Positions 9,345-18,489 of a stretch of 37,979 bases of DNA are shown here, in pieces (position 1 is the first letter of the stretch; each line of letters opens with the position of its first letter). Source of the stretch: a candidate division WOR-3 bacterium (lineage in GTDB: Bacteria; Hydrothermota; Tepidihabitantia; Tepidihabitantales; CAIPLT01); assembly GCA_965649215.1 (NCBI GenBank), contig CBFGJZ010000016.1:1-37979 (forward strand). The letters run 5' to 3'. The notes below the pieces were generated by a model. It saw nothing but the letters and a program-made list of their open reading frames with translations, ran no database searches and was not told the origin of the DNA. Position numbers and translations under genes: made by a program.

Positions 9345-10535
9345 ATGAGAAAACTTTATTATCAGTTATCCGAGAATAGTCCAAAAATATTATGGTTGGC
9401 GATTTTGGGAATATTATTTTTAGGTAAGTTGAATTTGAATTATGCTCAGTCATTTTTCTCCATGAAAGGATTTGGGGAAGAGGTTTTATGTAATGATGTG
9501 AAGGCAATAAGCCTTGGTCGGTTAGTTAATATCAGTCAAGAAAACCCTGCTTATCCGTTGATTTTGAATAAGACTGAATTCCATGCGAGTATTGCGAGTA
9601 ATTTTGTTTTTGCTCAAGAAGCAAATTATCAGCGTCTAATTTATCATATTCGGCCAACTTTAGTTAGATTCAATTTTCCATTGCCAGCTCGTTTTAATGT
9701 TGGTATCAAATTAAGTGAATATTTTAATCAGAATTTTGATATTTATTCAGAATCCATTCCAGTTGCTAATTATTGGACAAGAAGACGTATTATTGGTAAA
9801 GGTGGTATCAATGGTCTTGGTGTTTGTCTTGGTAATCGATTATTCGCGGATAAGTTATCATTGGGCATGGCATATAATAAGTTATTAGGAGAAGAATTAG
9901 AAATATGGAATTTTGAAGTGTTTCAAGGTTCATATCAAACATCAGATACAGTAAGAATAAGTTATTCTACCCATCAATTAAAATTAGGGATGCTTCTTGA
10001 TATTTCAGGAATATCAGTTGGAGTCACTTTGGAAGAATTCTTAACAGGTGCGATTAACCAAAAAGTAATAAGCCATAATAGCATTGTTGATACGATTCAT
10101 GGTGTTCGGTTTAATTTGCCGAAAAGTTATGGGTTGGGTTGCGGTGTTAATATAATTCCTAATCTGAAACTTTTTTCTGATTTCTTTGTCCGTCAATGGC
10201 AAAAAGCCACAATTAATGATACTTTCTTTAATCATTTTAATAGTAGCATGCAAGTTTCAATTGGAGGAGAGTATTATATCCAAGAAAATTTACCAATACG
10301 AATTGGTCTTAGATATTATCAATCTTATCTGCAAGACCGTACAAATAATAAAATTACAGAATTTGGGTTGTCAGGTGGTAGCCACATTAAAATCGCTAAT
10401 TTTGGGGGATTTAATTATGCGGTGGAGATAGTTCAAAGGCAAAGTCAATTTATTAAAGAATGGATTGCTCGAATAAATTTTGGATTAGCCTACGAAGAAG
10501 CGTGGCGAAAACGAACCCGACGATGGGGTTATTAA
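9345..10535 (+). CDS. Putative outer-membrane beta-barrel protein (FadL/OmpP1-like)
   Basis: Signal peptide ending AQS, N-terminal plug-like 'SMKGFGE...AISLG...NPA', many alternating amphipathic strands with aromatic girdles, PIRIGLRY, and a C-terminal E-x-W-basic tail reminiscent of Bacteroidota FadL-like barrels. Confidence 0.65.
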   Translation: MRKLYYQLSENSPKILWLAILGILFLGKLNLNYAQSFFSMKGFGEEVLCNDVKAISLGRLVNISQENPAYPLILNKTEFHASIASNFVFAQEANYQRLIYHIRPTLVRFNFPLPARFNVGIKLSEYFNQNFDIYSESIPVANYWTRRRIIGKGGINGLGVCLGNRLFADKLSLGMAYNKLLGEELEIWNFEVFQGSYQTSDTVRISYSTHQLKLGMLLDISGISVGVTLEEFLTGAINQKVISHNSIVDTIHGVRFNLPKSYGLGCGVNIIPNLKLFSDFFVRQWQKATINDTFFNHFNSSMQVSIGGEYYIQENLPIRIGLRYYQSYLQDRTNNKITEFGLSGGSHIKIANFGGFNYAVEIVQRQSQFIKEWIARINFGLAYEEAWRKRTRRWGY

Positions 10536-10854
10536 GAAATTCATTCTAAAATTGTGATAATGTTATTTATAAATTACATTATTTTGACAGCGATTTTTTA
10601 GTTAATATCTTGAATTTCATAAAGTTAGATTAATATTATCGTAAGCAAGGGGTATAATGGGGAGGATTGCCTTTTGTGTATATTAATAGTTTATTAATTA
10701 ATAGATAAATTATTTGAGATTTATAATCACAAAAATCATTTGGTAGTTTGTTTAATCGTGGTCTTATCAATCTAATTGTATCATAAAAAGCATAGTAATT
10801 TAGTAAGAAAAGAGAGCTAGCAGGATGATAACGATAATGATTTAGTTATTTTTT

Positions 10855-12552
10855 CTATCTAAGATATAGAATTTTACCTGTTTTAATTTCTTGTTCAGTG
10901 ACGATGCGATAAAGGTAAGTACCATAACTTATTTTTTGATTTTCTTCGTTTTGAAAGTTCCAAGATAAATTATAATTACCACTTGTTAAGTAGCTATTGA
11001 CTAAGGTTTTTATTTTCTGACCGAGCGGATTATAAATTTCCACTTTTACTTGACCGGCTTTATCAATGTTAATTATAAAATTAGCAGTGCGATGAGTGGG
11101 ATTGGGATAGATTTTATATGAAGCCAGGATATACTTTTTATTTTCTTGGGTTACGGCCGGAGATGAGGTAATAATGAATGAATAGGTATAGGGCTGGTAA
11201 TTAGGAGAACGGCGTGTTAAACCTTGACTATTACTGACTGAAAACCAATATCTAACAGTATCACCATAAGAATGAGCAGGTATATAGCCGATGTAAACAC
11301 CCTGAGTATCAGGCAGTTGATTTAAAGGTACTGTGATTAGTTGAGAATCATTTGTTAAGTAATAAAGATTAGCATTAGTAATACTGCTGGAAGAGATAAT
11401 TTGAGCCCTGATGCGATACGGGTTAGTTGTATCATTGGTATTGGCTAATTGAAGATGTCTGATATGGATATATTGTGATTTAGGAATTTGCATCGTGATA
11501 CAATGAATTGCACCACCTGAACCTGACATAGCTGCGCAGTTAATACCAACAATTTCATGATTGGGGAGAGCATTTTGATAAATTGCTAAAGCAGTATCAT
11601 CTTCAGGTAAACTCCAAGTTGGTACTAATACTTTATTGTTTACAAATAATGAATTTAAATATGACGGGGGAGCACTAGATGTAGAATAAGGCATCGGAAT
11701 GCGGACAATGCGATAGTTGATACCTTCTCGGTTTTTTGTATTAGCAAAAGTTAGAGCGTGTTGATTTAATAAAGCATAATTAGAATGACCTGGTGCATAT
11801 TCACCAACCATAATTAATGTGTCATTCAGGATTTTAGTCCAAAGGTCAATATGACCGGTATATTCAATATTAATGCGTTGGACAATAACAAATTGGTCTA
11901 AGCCACTATAAAGTTGCATTAACGAATCAATTTGACGACGAGTAAAAGATGAATTTTCAGTTTGAATAAGATTGGAAGCAAAGCCAGTGCCAATCCCATC
12001 AACCATAAAATTACCGCCGGGATGGGTAAGCGGTGAATTATAACAAGGGATTAACCAATTTCGACTTATCAATCGCGAGATGGTATCATCCGCAGGGCGG
12101 GGACGATTATAAATAAAATCAACCATTGCTTCACTATTATTATGGCGACGGATAAACCACGGACCATAATCTCTAATCCAAATGGAATTATAAGGCCAAG
12201 TGTAAAAAATAATTGAATCAAAGGGTACTCCACCACTGCTAAGATAATTTTTAATATTTATCGTATCGGATGCACTAGCAATAATATAACATTTGCAAAC
12301 TTCTGCAACTTCGCGAACAATTTCTCGAAAGATGGGGCGATAACTGCTTTGCGAATAAATCCAGGTGATAAAAACACCGCGTAACGGTTCAAATTCGGCG
12401 GGCGTTTCAACCCAACCATCGGGCGGTTGTAAAGGAATATAATATTTACCAATTTCATCAAGACGAAGTTGTTCTTGCGGTGTAAGCCATTGTGGTAAAA
12501 AATTTTCTTCACTAAATCCAAATAATAAAGTTACACAGATAAGTATGGTCAT
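10855..12552 (-). CDS. Secreted Porphyromonas-type peptidylarginine deiminase / agmatine deiminase family protein with C-terminal T9SS/FlgD-Ig-like domain
   Basis: PAEFEP, WIRDYGP (Asp), VDFIYNRPRPADD, GGNFMVDG, YTGHID (His/Asp), SYLNSL (Asn), GGAIHCIT (Cys nucleophile). N-terminal signal peptide. C-terminal YPNP...IYNPLGQKIKTL...GTYLYRI...KILYLR. Confidence 0.9.
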   Translation of the reverse strand: MTILICVTLLFGFSEENFLPQWLTPQEQLRLDEIGKYYIPLQPPDGWVETPAEFEPLRGVFITWIYSQSSYRPIFREIVREVAEVCKCYIIASASDTINIKNYLSSGGVPFDSIIFYTWPYNSIWIRDYGPWFIRRHNNSEAMVDFIYNRPRPADDTISRLISRNWLIPCYNSPLTHPGGNFMVDGIGTGFASNLIQTENSSFTRRQIDSLMQLYSGLDQFVIVQRINIEYTGHIDLWTKILNDTLIMVGEYAPGHSNYALLNQHALTFANTKNREGINYRIVRIPMPYSTSSAPPSYLNSLFVNNKVLVPTWSLPEDDTALAIYQNALPNHEIVGINCAAMSGSGGAIHCITMQIPKSQYIHIRHLQLANTNDTTNPYRIRAQIISSSSITNANLYYLTNDSQLITVPLNQLPDTQGVYIGYIPAHSYGDTVRYWFSVSNSQGLTRRSPNYQPYTYSFIITSSPAVTQENKKYILASYKIYPNPTHRTANFIINIDKAGQVKVEIYNPLGQKIKTLVNSYLTSGNYNLSWNFQNEENQKISYGTYLYRIVTEQEIKTGKILYLR

Positions 12553-12559
12553 AATTTTT

Positions 12560-12588
12560 ATCTTAATTAATTATTTATGATGGGTCAA
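12560..12588 (-). promoter_or_regulatory. Sigma70-type promoter for the deiminase gene (leaderless geometry)
   Basis: Minus strand TTGACC-N17-TAAGAT, 7 nt before ATG 12552. No SD. Confidence 0.55.
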
Positions 12589-12614
12589 GATTTTATTAAA
12601 ACTGCTAAATTGTT

Positions 12615-14915
12615 CTAGCGGTTGACAATGATTTTTTTAGTCTCACTATACTGTAGAGTTTGTAAAGTACAAAAATAGATTCCTGCGGATATTAAATGAT
12701 TCTTTTCATTACGACTATCCCAGTGAATTAGATATTCTCCCGCTAACAATTTTTCGTTTATTAATGTTTTAATAATGCGTCCATATGTATCATAGATTGT
12801 TAGCGTAACAGGTGATGCAATATCAAGAGCAAATTTAATTGTCACATTATTAGTAATTGGATTTGGTTGAATTGCCTGTAGAAATAAAAGATTTTTTTTC
12901 GGACTTTGTATTTGTTCTTCAATCGCGCTGATAATATTAGTAATCCGGATTTTTTGGTCATTTAAATTGTTTTCGTCATTTACGAGATGAGTTTTGAACT
13001 TTACGGTACAGAGTTGAGTGGTTGTTGGTAACCAACTACTAAAAGTAACTATTAATGATTCATTGGGTACTAAGGAATTTATTGTTTGAGTATTGGTGTA
13101 TAAGACAAAACCAGTTGAGCTAATAATTGAACAGGTGACAGGAATATTATTTTGAGCTACGACGCCGTAGTTTTTAACTCTTGCTTTTGGTCGCATGATA
13201 CTATCAAGATTATGATTCGGATCAGGACTGAGAATTGAACTAATGCCAACATCATTTGAAATATTCACAATAATGTTAACTATTGCAGTATCATTAGCTC
13301 GAAATTGATCATTGGTTAAATCAGTATAAGCGATAACAGGATAATTTCCAGCTTGAGATAACCAAGTAGGAAACGAGACTGTAATTGTATCATTGGGTGA
13401 TAAAATAATATTATTAATTGTTTCGGAATAAACATTGCCAATCCGCATCACAACCATAAAAGTATCTAATGAGCTTCCATAATTTTTTACTTTTACCTTG
13501 GGAATAATTAAATTTTGTGAATTAATAGTACCTATTGGTTCGACAATCGATAGAATGCCAACGTCGTGCGTCAGAAAACCGTATTGAACGCTCACATTCT
13601 TTTCATAAGGAATAAAATTATGAGCGCTGACAGTTACAGACATTGTGCCAACTTGGGATGGTGAGATAAAGAAACTTATTTGCCCACTACTATTAGTATA
13701 GCCATATTGATATATTAGAGTGTCAAACATAATACAAGCTAACGCATTGGCTACAGGTTGGTTATTTAGCCTATTACGCACAGTTATTGTAAAATATTGA
13801 GGAATGGTTTGGATTACTGTGTCGTGCATGACAGTTAAGGATTGAGGTTTTGTAGTCCATAGGTTTAATTCTGGATCACCAAAAAGATTCCATTCTCGAT
13901 AACGATCCGTTGTATAATAAGGAGGAGAAAAAGCTGCTAATTGATTTTTTGCCCACATAAATGCATCGCCTAATCTATAGATACGTCGTGTGAAAACTGC
14001 TTCGAACAACATTTGACTGACCGTGCCTCGTAATCTTGCTAAACCATTGCCACTGGTTGCAATTGTTGTGCCAACAAAAGCAACTGCGCCTTTGGGATTT
14101 TGGACCGTACCAGCAGTCATAAAACGATTACCTAAATAATCAGTGTAATAAAAAGACATTGTAGCACAGGTAGATGAAATGATAATTGGTAATTTGAATC
14201 CGTTCGTAAGATTAGTGGGGTTAACGGATTGAAATGGGTTATACCAATTAGCGGTTGCCGTGCCACGATATAAAACATAAGCACGACCATTATTGATGGC
14301 ATTCATAACTGTGGTTGAGTTGCCGCCACGAAGACGCGATTGAGAATCGATTAATGCAAAGCCGGCATTCATCCATATCGTATGTGCATGACGGGCATCG
14401 TTCCAATAAACAGTGTCGGGATGGGTAGTACCATCTTCTCGAACAATAGTTGTTGCTTTAAGATACCAAGTTGTATCCGCTAAATATGGAGTGCGTTCGT
14501 AAGCAAGAGTTTTTGCTACCATAACACTACATTGAGAAGCAGTTCCAACGGGAAAACGCCCCACCGATAATTCCATCCGATAGTCACCAGCGACATTGGC
14601 ATAATAATCATCAAACTCATCATTTTCTGCTCTAATATAATTTCCATTTCCAACTAAAAGGATATATTCTGGACGAGGATTCCAACTGTTATAAGCATTA
14701 ATTATGTAGTTTTTGATTAATGTGATATTGGTCGGGGTTGCGCCGATTTCAGATAGTTTAACAACTTTAGTAGGAATCCCCTTTTTTTGCTTCCATTTTG
14801 CTAATGGTTGAATGGCATTGTAGAAGTTATCATGGGTAATAATGAGATAAGTTGCGCCTTCACCAAAACAAAATGTCATAAGGGATAATAATAATAGAAT
14901 ATTTTTAGTTTTCAT
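12615..14915 (-). CDS. Secreted peptidase C25 (gingipain-like) protein with Ig-like, two CARDB-like and T9SS/FlgD-Ig C-terminal domains
   Basis: YLIITHDNF...LAKWKQKKG, PEYILLVG, D.YYA, ELSVGRFP, KTLAYER, LTNGFKLPII.S.TC, GAVAFVG, WNLFGDPEL. Two DVGI.SI..P...VKNYG...D....ND repeats. CTD PNP...IYDTYGRIIKTL...WD...SAGIYF...KKIIV. SD GAGGAG. Confidence 0.9.
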   Translation of the reverse strand: MKTKNILLLLSLMTFCFGEGATYLIITHDNFYNAIQPLAKWKQKKGIPTKVVKLSEIGATPTNITLIKNYIINAYNSWNPRPEYILLVGNGNYIRAENDEFDDYYANVAGDYRMELSVGRFPVGTASQCSVMVAKTLAYERTPYLADTTWYLKATTIVREDGTTHPDTVYWNDARHAHTIWMNAGFALIDSQSRLRGGNSTTVMNAINNGRAYVLYRGTATANWYNPFQSVNPTNLTNGFKLPIIISSTCATMSFYYTDYLGNRFMTAGTVQNPKGAVAFVGTTIATSGNGLARLRGTVSQMLFEAVFTRRIYRLGDAFMWAKNQLAAFSPPYYTTDRYREWNLFGDPELNLWTTKPQSLTVMHDTVIQTIPQYFTITVRNRLNNQPVANALACIMFDTLIYQYGYTNSSGQISFFISPSQVGTMSVTVSAHNFIPYEKNVSVQYGFLTHDVGILSIVEPIGTINSQNLIIPKVKVKNYGSSLDTFMVVMRIGNVYSETINNIILSPNDTITVSFPTWLSQAGNYPVIAYTDLTNDQFRANDTAIVNIIVNISNDVGISSILSPDPNHNLDSIMRPKARVKNYGVVAQNNIPVTCSIISSTGFVLYTNTQTINSLVPNESLIVTFSSWLPTTTQLCTVKFKTHLVNDENNLNDQKIRITNIISAIEEQIQSPKKNLLFLQAIQPNPITNNVTIKFALDIASPVTLTIYDTYGRIIKTLINEKLLAGEYLIHWDSRNEKNHLISAGIYFCTLQTLQYSETKKIIVNR

Positions 14916-14945
14916 TAAATACTCCTCACTAAATCATCAGTCTTT

Positions 14946-14974
14946 ATTTTATAACTATAGTCAAGTATTGTCAA
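14946..14974 (-). promoter_or_regulatory. Sigma70-type promoter upstream of the C25 gene
   Basis: Minus strand TTGACA-N17-TAAAAT. Confidence 0.6.
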
Positions 14975-14987
14975 TATAAGATATTTT

Positions 14988-15003
14988 TGCAAATTTTATG
15001 CCA
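14988..15003 (-). promoter_or_regulatory. Sigma54 (RpoN) -24/-12 promoter facing the C25 gene
   Basis: Minus strand TGGCATAAAATTTGCA = TGGCA-N6-TTGCA with exact GG-N10-GC spacing. Confidence 0.6.
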
Positions 15004-15102
15004 CACATAATCTCACCATTTTTATTGATTTATTTAATAGTTTAGTGCAAAAAAATTCACTTTGTGCAAATATATCTCCAATTTGTATTATATTACATAG
15101 TA

Positions 15103-15130
15103 TTGACAAAAGGCGTTTTTCCAATAGAAT
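15103..15130 (+). promoter_or_regulatory. Sigma70-type promoter for pdxJ-secD-secF
   Basis: TTGACA-N16-TAGAAT, 11 nt before ATG 15142. No SD. Confidence 0.55.
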
Positions 15131-15141
15131 AGTGAATTAAC

Positions 15142-15882
15142 ATGAAGAGATTATCAGTGAATATAGATCATATCGGAACTTTAAGACAGGCCCGTCAGGA
15201 AAAGATGCCGGATCCTGTCTATGCGGCAGTGTTAGCTGAATTAGCTGGCGCTGATGGTATTACCTGTCATTTAAGGGGCGATCGTCGTCATATTCAAGAA
15301 CGAGATTTAGATTTATTAAGAAAAATAATAAAAACAGAATTAAATTTAGAAATGGCAGCAACTCCAGAAATGCTTAAAATTGCACTGAAGGTCCAACCCG
15401 ATATTGTTACTTTAGTTCCAGAAAGAGCTGATGAATTGACTACTGAAGGTGGTTTAGATTTAATAAAGAATTATTCGAGAATAAAATCAATCGCCGAATC
15501 AATAAAACAAAATAAAATTAAACTTAGTGTTTTTATAGAAGCAGATGAAAAACAAGTTGATTATGCTAAAAAACTTAATGCCGATCAAATTGAGTTAAAT
15601 ACCAATTCATATTGTCAAAAAGTAGCGCAAAGAAAAGAGATTTTAAGGAAAATAAAAACAATTGCCGCTTATGCTCAGCGTAAGAACTTAATAGTTCATT
15701 GTGGACATGGGCTTGATTATAATAATATTAAACCAATCTTAACGGTAAAAGAAATTAGTGGTTTTAGTATCGGATTTTCGATTATTGCCCGTGCTGTATT
15801 AATAGGTTTAGGGAAAGCAGTATCGGAAATGAAAGATATTATTACTAATATTGATGGAGGAGTCATAAATGAGATATGGTAA
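15142..15882 (+). CDS. pdxJ: Pyridoxine 5'-phosphate synthase
   Basis: LSVNIDHIGTLRQAR, GADGITCHLRGDRRHIQ, LNLEMA, VTLVPER..ELTTEGGLD, HCGHGLDY.N. Confidence 0.96.
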   Translation: MKRLSVNIDHIGTLRQARQEKMPDPVYAAVLAELAGADGITCHLRGDRRHIQERDLDLLRKIIKTELNLEMAATPEMLKIALKVQPDIVTLVPERADELTTEGGLDLIKNYSRIKSIAESIKQNKIKLSVFIEADEKQVDYAKKLNADQIELNTNSYCQKVAQRKEILRKIKTIAAYAQRKNLIVHCGHGLDYNNIKPILTVKEISGFSIGFSIIARAVLIGLGKAVSEMKDIITNIDGGVINEIW

Positions 15883-17488
15883 GTTAAAAGCAGGTATCAT
15901 CCTTATCTTAATCATATTAGGGATATATACTCTATATCCTACATTTGTGTTATATAATCAAATTCCTAAAGAAAAAAAACGCTTACAGAATTTACTATCA
16001 AATGCAATGACGCGCGACGAAAGTTTGCGGGTTGCTTTACTTGTTAATGATCTAAACGAAAAAGAAGCACGGTTACATAAACGAGCATTGCATTTAGGAT
16101 TAGATTTGGTTGGTGGTATGCATTTGGTTTTGGAAGTAGATAAGACAAAACTTTCTAAAGAAGAAGCGCGGGATGCGACCGATCGTGCTTTAGCAGTTAT
16201 TCAAAATCGTATTGATCAATTCGGCGTTTACGAACCGATAATTCAAAAAGTTGGGCAAGATCGTATCTTAGTGCAATTACCAGGTGTTGATCGAGAACGA
16301 GCCAAAGGTTTAATCGGTCAAGTTGCTTTGTTAGAATTTCGTTTAGTGGCTGATGAACAAAAAACTCAGGATGTTTTGAAAATAATTGACGATTATTACC
16401 GACGTGTTAACTTAGAAGATACGACCTCAAAAGATCAGGGTACTTTTTTAAACTACATTATCACTATCAATCGAACTGATATTGGCGTGGAAGAAATTGA
16501 TTATCCCGAATTTAGCAGATTATTAGAAAATGCTCGTCATATTATACCAGATGAATATGAGTTTTTATTTGGATTACCCGAAGTTGAACAGAATCGTCGG
16601 GTACGTCGATTATATCTCTTAAAAAAAGAACCTGAGTTAACCGGGGCTAGTATTAGTGATGCTAATCCAAATCCCTATCAAGGAAGCGATCCGAATTTGA
16701 GCAATACTTGGATTGTGAGTCTGAAATTAGCACGCAAGGATGCAACTAAATTTGCGGCTATTACGGGAAGAAATGTCAATAAGCGATTAGCAATTGTTTT
16801 GGATAATATTGTAAGGTTTGCGCCCGTTATTCGAGAAAGAATACCCACCGGTGAAGCGATGATTACGACGGGCGATGTTAATCCTGACCGAGCTAGAGAT
16901 TTGGCTATCATATTACGTTCTGGAGCACTACCAGCACCAGTGATAATTTCAGAAGAACGATCAGTAGGACCTGCTTTAGGAAAAGACTCAATTGATAAAG
17001 GAATTCGGGCGGGTCTGATTGGAGCAGTCATTATCGTTTTATTTATGTTGATTTATTATAGTGTAGCAGGAGTTATTGCTAATATTGCATTGTTACTTAA
17101 TATCTTTTTTATTTTAGTAGTCCTAGCCAGTTTAAGAGCAACTTTAACTTTACCAGGTATTGCGGGTATGGTGCTCACCATCGGGATGGCGGTTGATGCA
17201 AATATCTTAATTTTTGAACGCATTCGGGAAGAATTAAAAATTGGCAAAAAACCAAGAGCTGCAATAGAAGCAGGCTATAAACGTGCCGCAATCACAATTA
17301 TTGATGCTAACATTACAACTATTTTAACAACTATTGCTTTGTATTTTTTAGGCACTGGTCCAATTCGAGGCTTTGCGATTACTCTAATTGTTGGTTTAAT
17401 CATTAATGTGATTACATCAGTTTATTTTAGTCGGTATATTTTTGAATGGATTGTCAATCAATTTGTTAAAGAAAGGTTGAGCATATAG
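15869..17488 (+). CDS. secD: Protein translocase subunit SecD
   Basis: LGLDLVGG, NRIDQFGV.EP, RILVQLPGV, LAIVLDN, LRSGALPAP, VGPALG, TLTLPGIAG, GMAVDANILIFERIREE, IIDANITT, GPIRGFAITL. Confidence 0.97.
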   Translation: MRYGKLKAGIILILIILGIYTLYPTFVLYNQIPKEKKRLQNLLSNAMTRDESLRVALLVNDLNEKEARLHKRALHLGLDLVGGMHLVLEVDKTKLSKEEARDATDRALAVIQNRIDQFGVYEPIIQKVGQDRILVQLPGVDRERAKGLIGQVALLEFRLVADEQKTQDVLKIIDDYYRRVNLEDTTSKDQGTFLNYIITINRTDIGVEEIDYPEFSRLLENARHIIPDEYEFLFGLPEVEQNRRVRRLYLLKKEPELTGASISDANPNPYQGSDPNLSNTWIVSLKLARKDATKFAAITGRNVNKRLAIVLDNIVRFAPVIRERIPTGEAMITTGDVNPDRARDLAIILRSGALPAPVIISEERSVGPALGKDSIDKGIRAGLIGAVIIVLFMLIYYSVAGVIANIALLLNIFFILVVLASLRATLTLPGIAGMVLTIGMAVDANILIFERIREELKIGKKPRAAIEAGYKRAAITIIDANITTILTTIALYFLGTGPIRGFAITLIVGLIINVITSVYFSRYIFEWIVNQFVKERLSI

Positions 17489-17489
17489 T

Positions 17490-18404
17490 ATGTTACAAAT
17501 TTTTAAGTCAGCAGATTATAATATCACAAATAAAAGATATTTTGCATTTGGATTTTCTGCCTTATTGATTGTGATTGCTATTTTTTCGATATTTTTCCAT
17601 CGTGGAGTAAAATATGGAGTTGATTTTTCGGGTGGAACTTTATTAGAAGTGAAGTTTCAAAAACCAATTTCAACTGAAACTTTACGTAATATTTTCCGTA
17701 ATTTCGCAACGGGAAATGCTTCGATTCAACAATTTGGAGAAGGTTATGATTTTATTATAAGATTCGAAGCATCAGGCATTGAAACTAGCGAAGAGAGTAC
17801 TTCGGTGAAAGTTGTTGAATTTCTTAATCAAGCATTAGTTGACAATCCACCGGAAGTCGTTAGAGTTGAAATTGTTGGACCGCGGATCGGTAAAGAGTTA
17901 CAACGAAATGCAGTATTGGCAATTCTAATTGGTATTATTGGAATTTTAATATATGTAAGTATTCGTTTTGATTTTCGTTTTGGTACTGCAGCAGTGATTG
18001 CTTTAATTCAAGATGTTTTAACTTCTATCGGGTTCATTTCTATTACCAACACCGAGGTTTCAATTCCCATAATTGCTGCTTTGTTAACAATTGTTGGATA
18101 TTCAGTCAATAATTCAATTGTTGTATCGGATCGTATTCGTGAAAACCTTCGTAAGATGCACAAAGTTAGTTTTGAAGCAATAGTGAATAGAAGTATTAAC
18201 GAGACCTTAGCGAGAACCATTTTGACTTCTTCAACAACTTTAATTATTGCTTTAATGCTTTGGATATTTGGGGCAGCATCAATTAAAGATTTTGCTCGTG
18301 TCATTTCTTTTGGTGTAATTATTGGAACTTATTCATCTATTTTTATAGCCGCACCGTTAGTAGTAGAATGGGAAAAGCACTTTCCATCACGAATTCGTCG
18401 ATAA
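17490..18404 (+). CDS. secF: Protein translocase subunit SecF
   Basis: GVDFSGGT, VGPRIGKEL, YVSIRF, AALLTIVGYSVNN, DRIREN, SINETLARTILTS, GTYSSIFIA. Confidence 0.97.
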   Translation: MLQIFKSADYNITNKRYFAFGFSALLIVIAIFSIFFHRGVKYGVDFSGGTLLEVKFQKPISTETLRNIFRNFATGNASIQQFGEGYDFIIRFEASGIETSEESTSVKVVEFLNQALVDNPPEVVRVEIVGPRIGKELQRNAVLAILIGIIGILIYVSIRFDFRFGTAAVIALIQDVLTSIGFISITNTEVSIPIIAALLTIVGYSVNNSIVVSDRIRENLRKMHKVSFEAIVNRSINETLARTILTSSTTLIIALMLWIFGAASIKDFARVISFGVIIGTYSSIFIAAPLVVEWEKHFPSRIRR

Positions 18405-18448
18405 TTTACATCCGCGTTAGATAAAGAATGATTTTTTCTTTTCCAAAC

Positions 18449-18489
18449 ATATCTCTTAGAAACATAAAGATAATTTTATTAAGAGATAT
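18449..18489. terminator. Possible hairpin/terminator after secF
   Basis: Perfect 10-bp inverted repeat ATATCTCTTA / TAAGAGATAT with a 21-nt loop, followed by TTT. The stem is AT-rich, so weak. Confidence 0.3.

Noticed and set aside
15020-15040. Possible IHF site between the sigma54 promoter and the putative enhancer
   Set aside because: AATCAA is present on the minus strand but the downstream TTR of WATCAA-N4-TTR is missing. Not distinguishable from AT-rich background.
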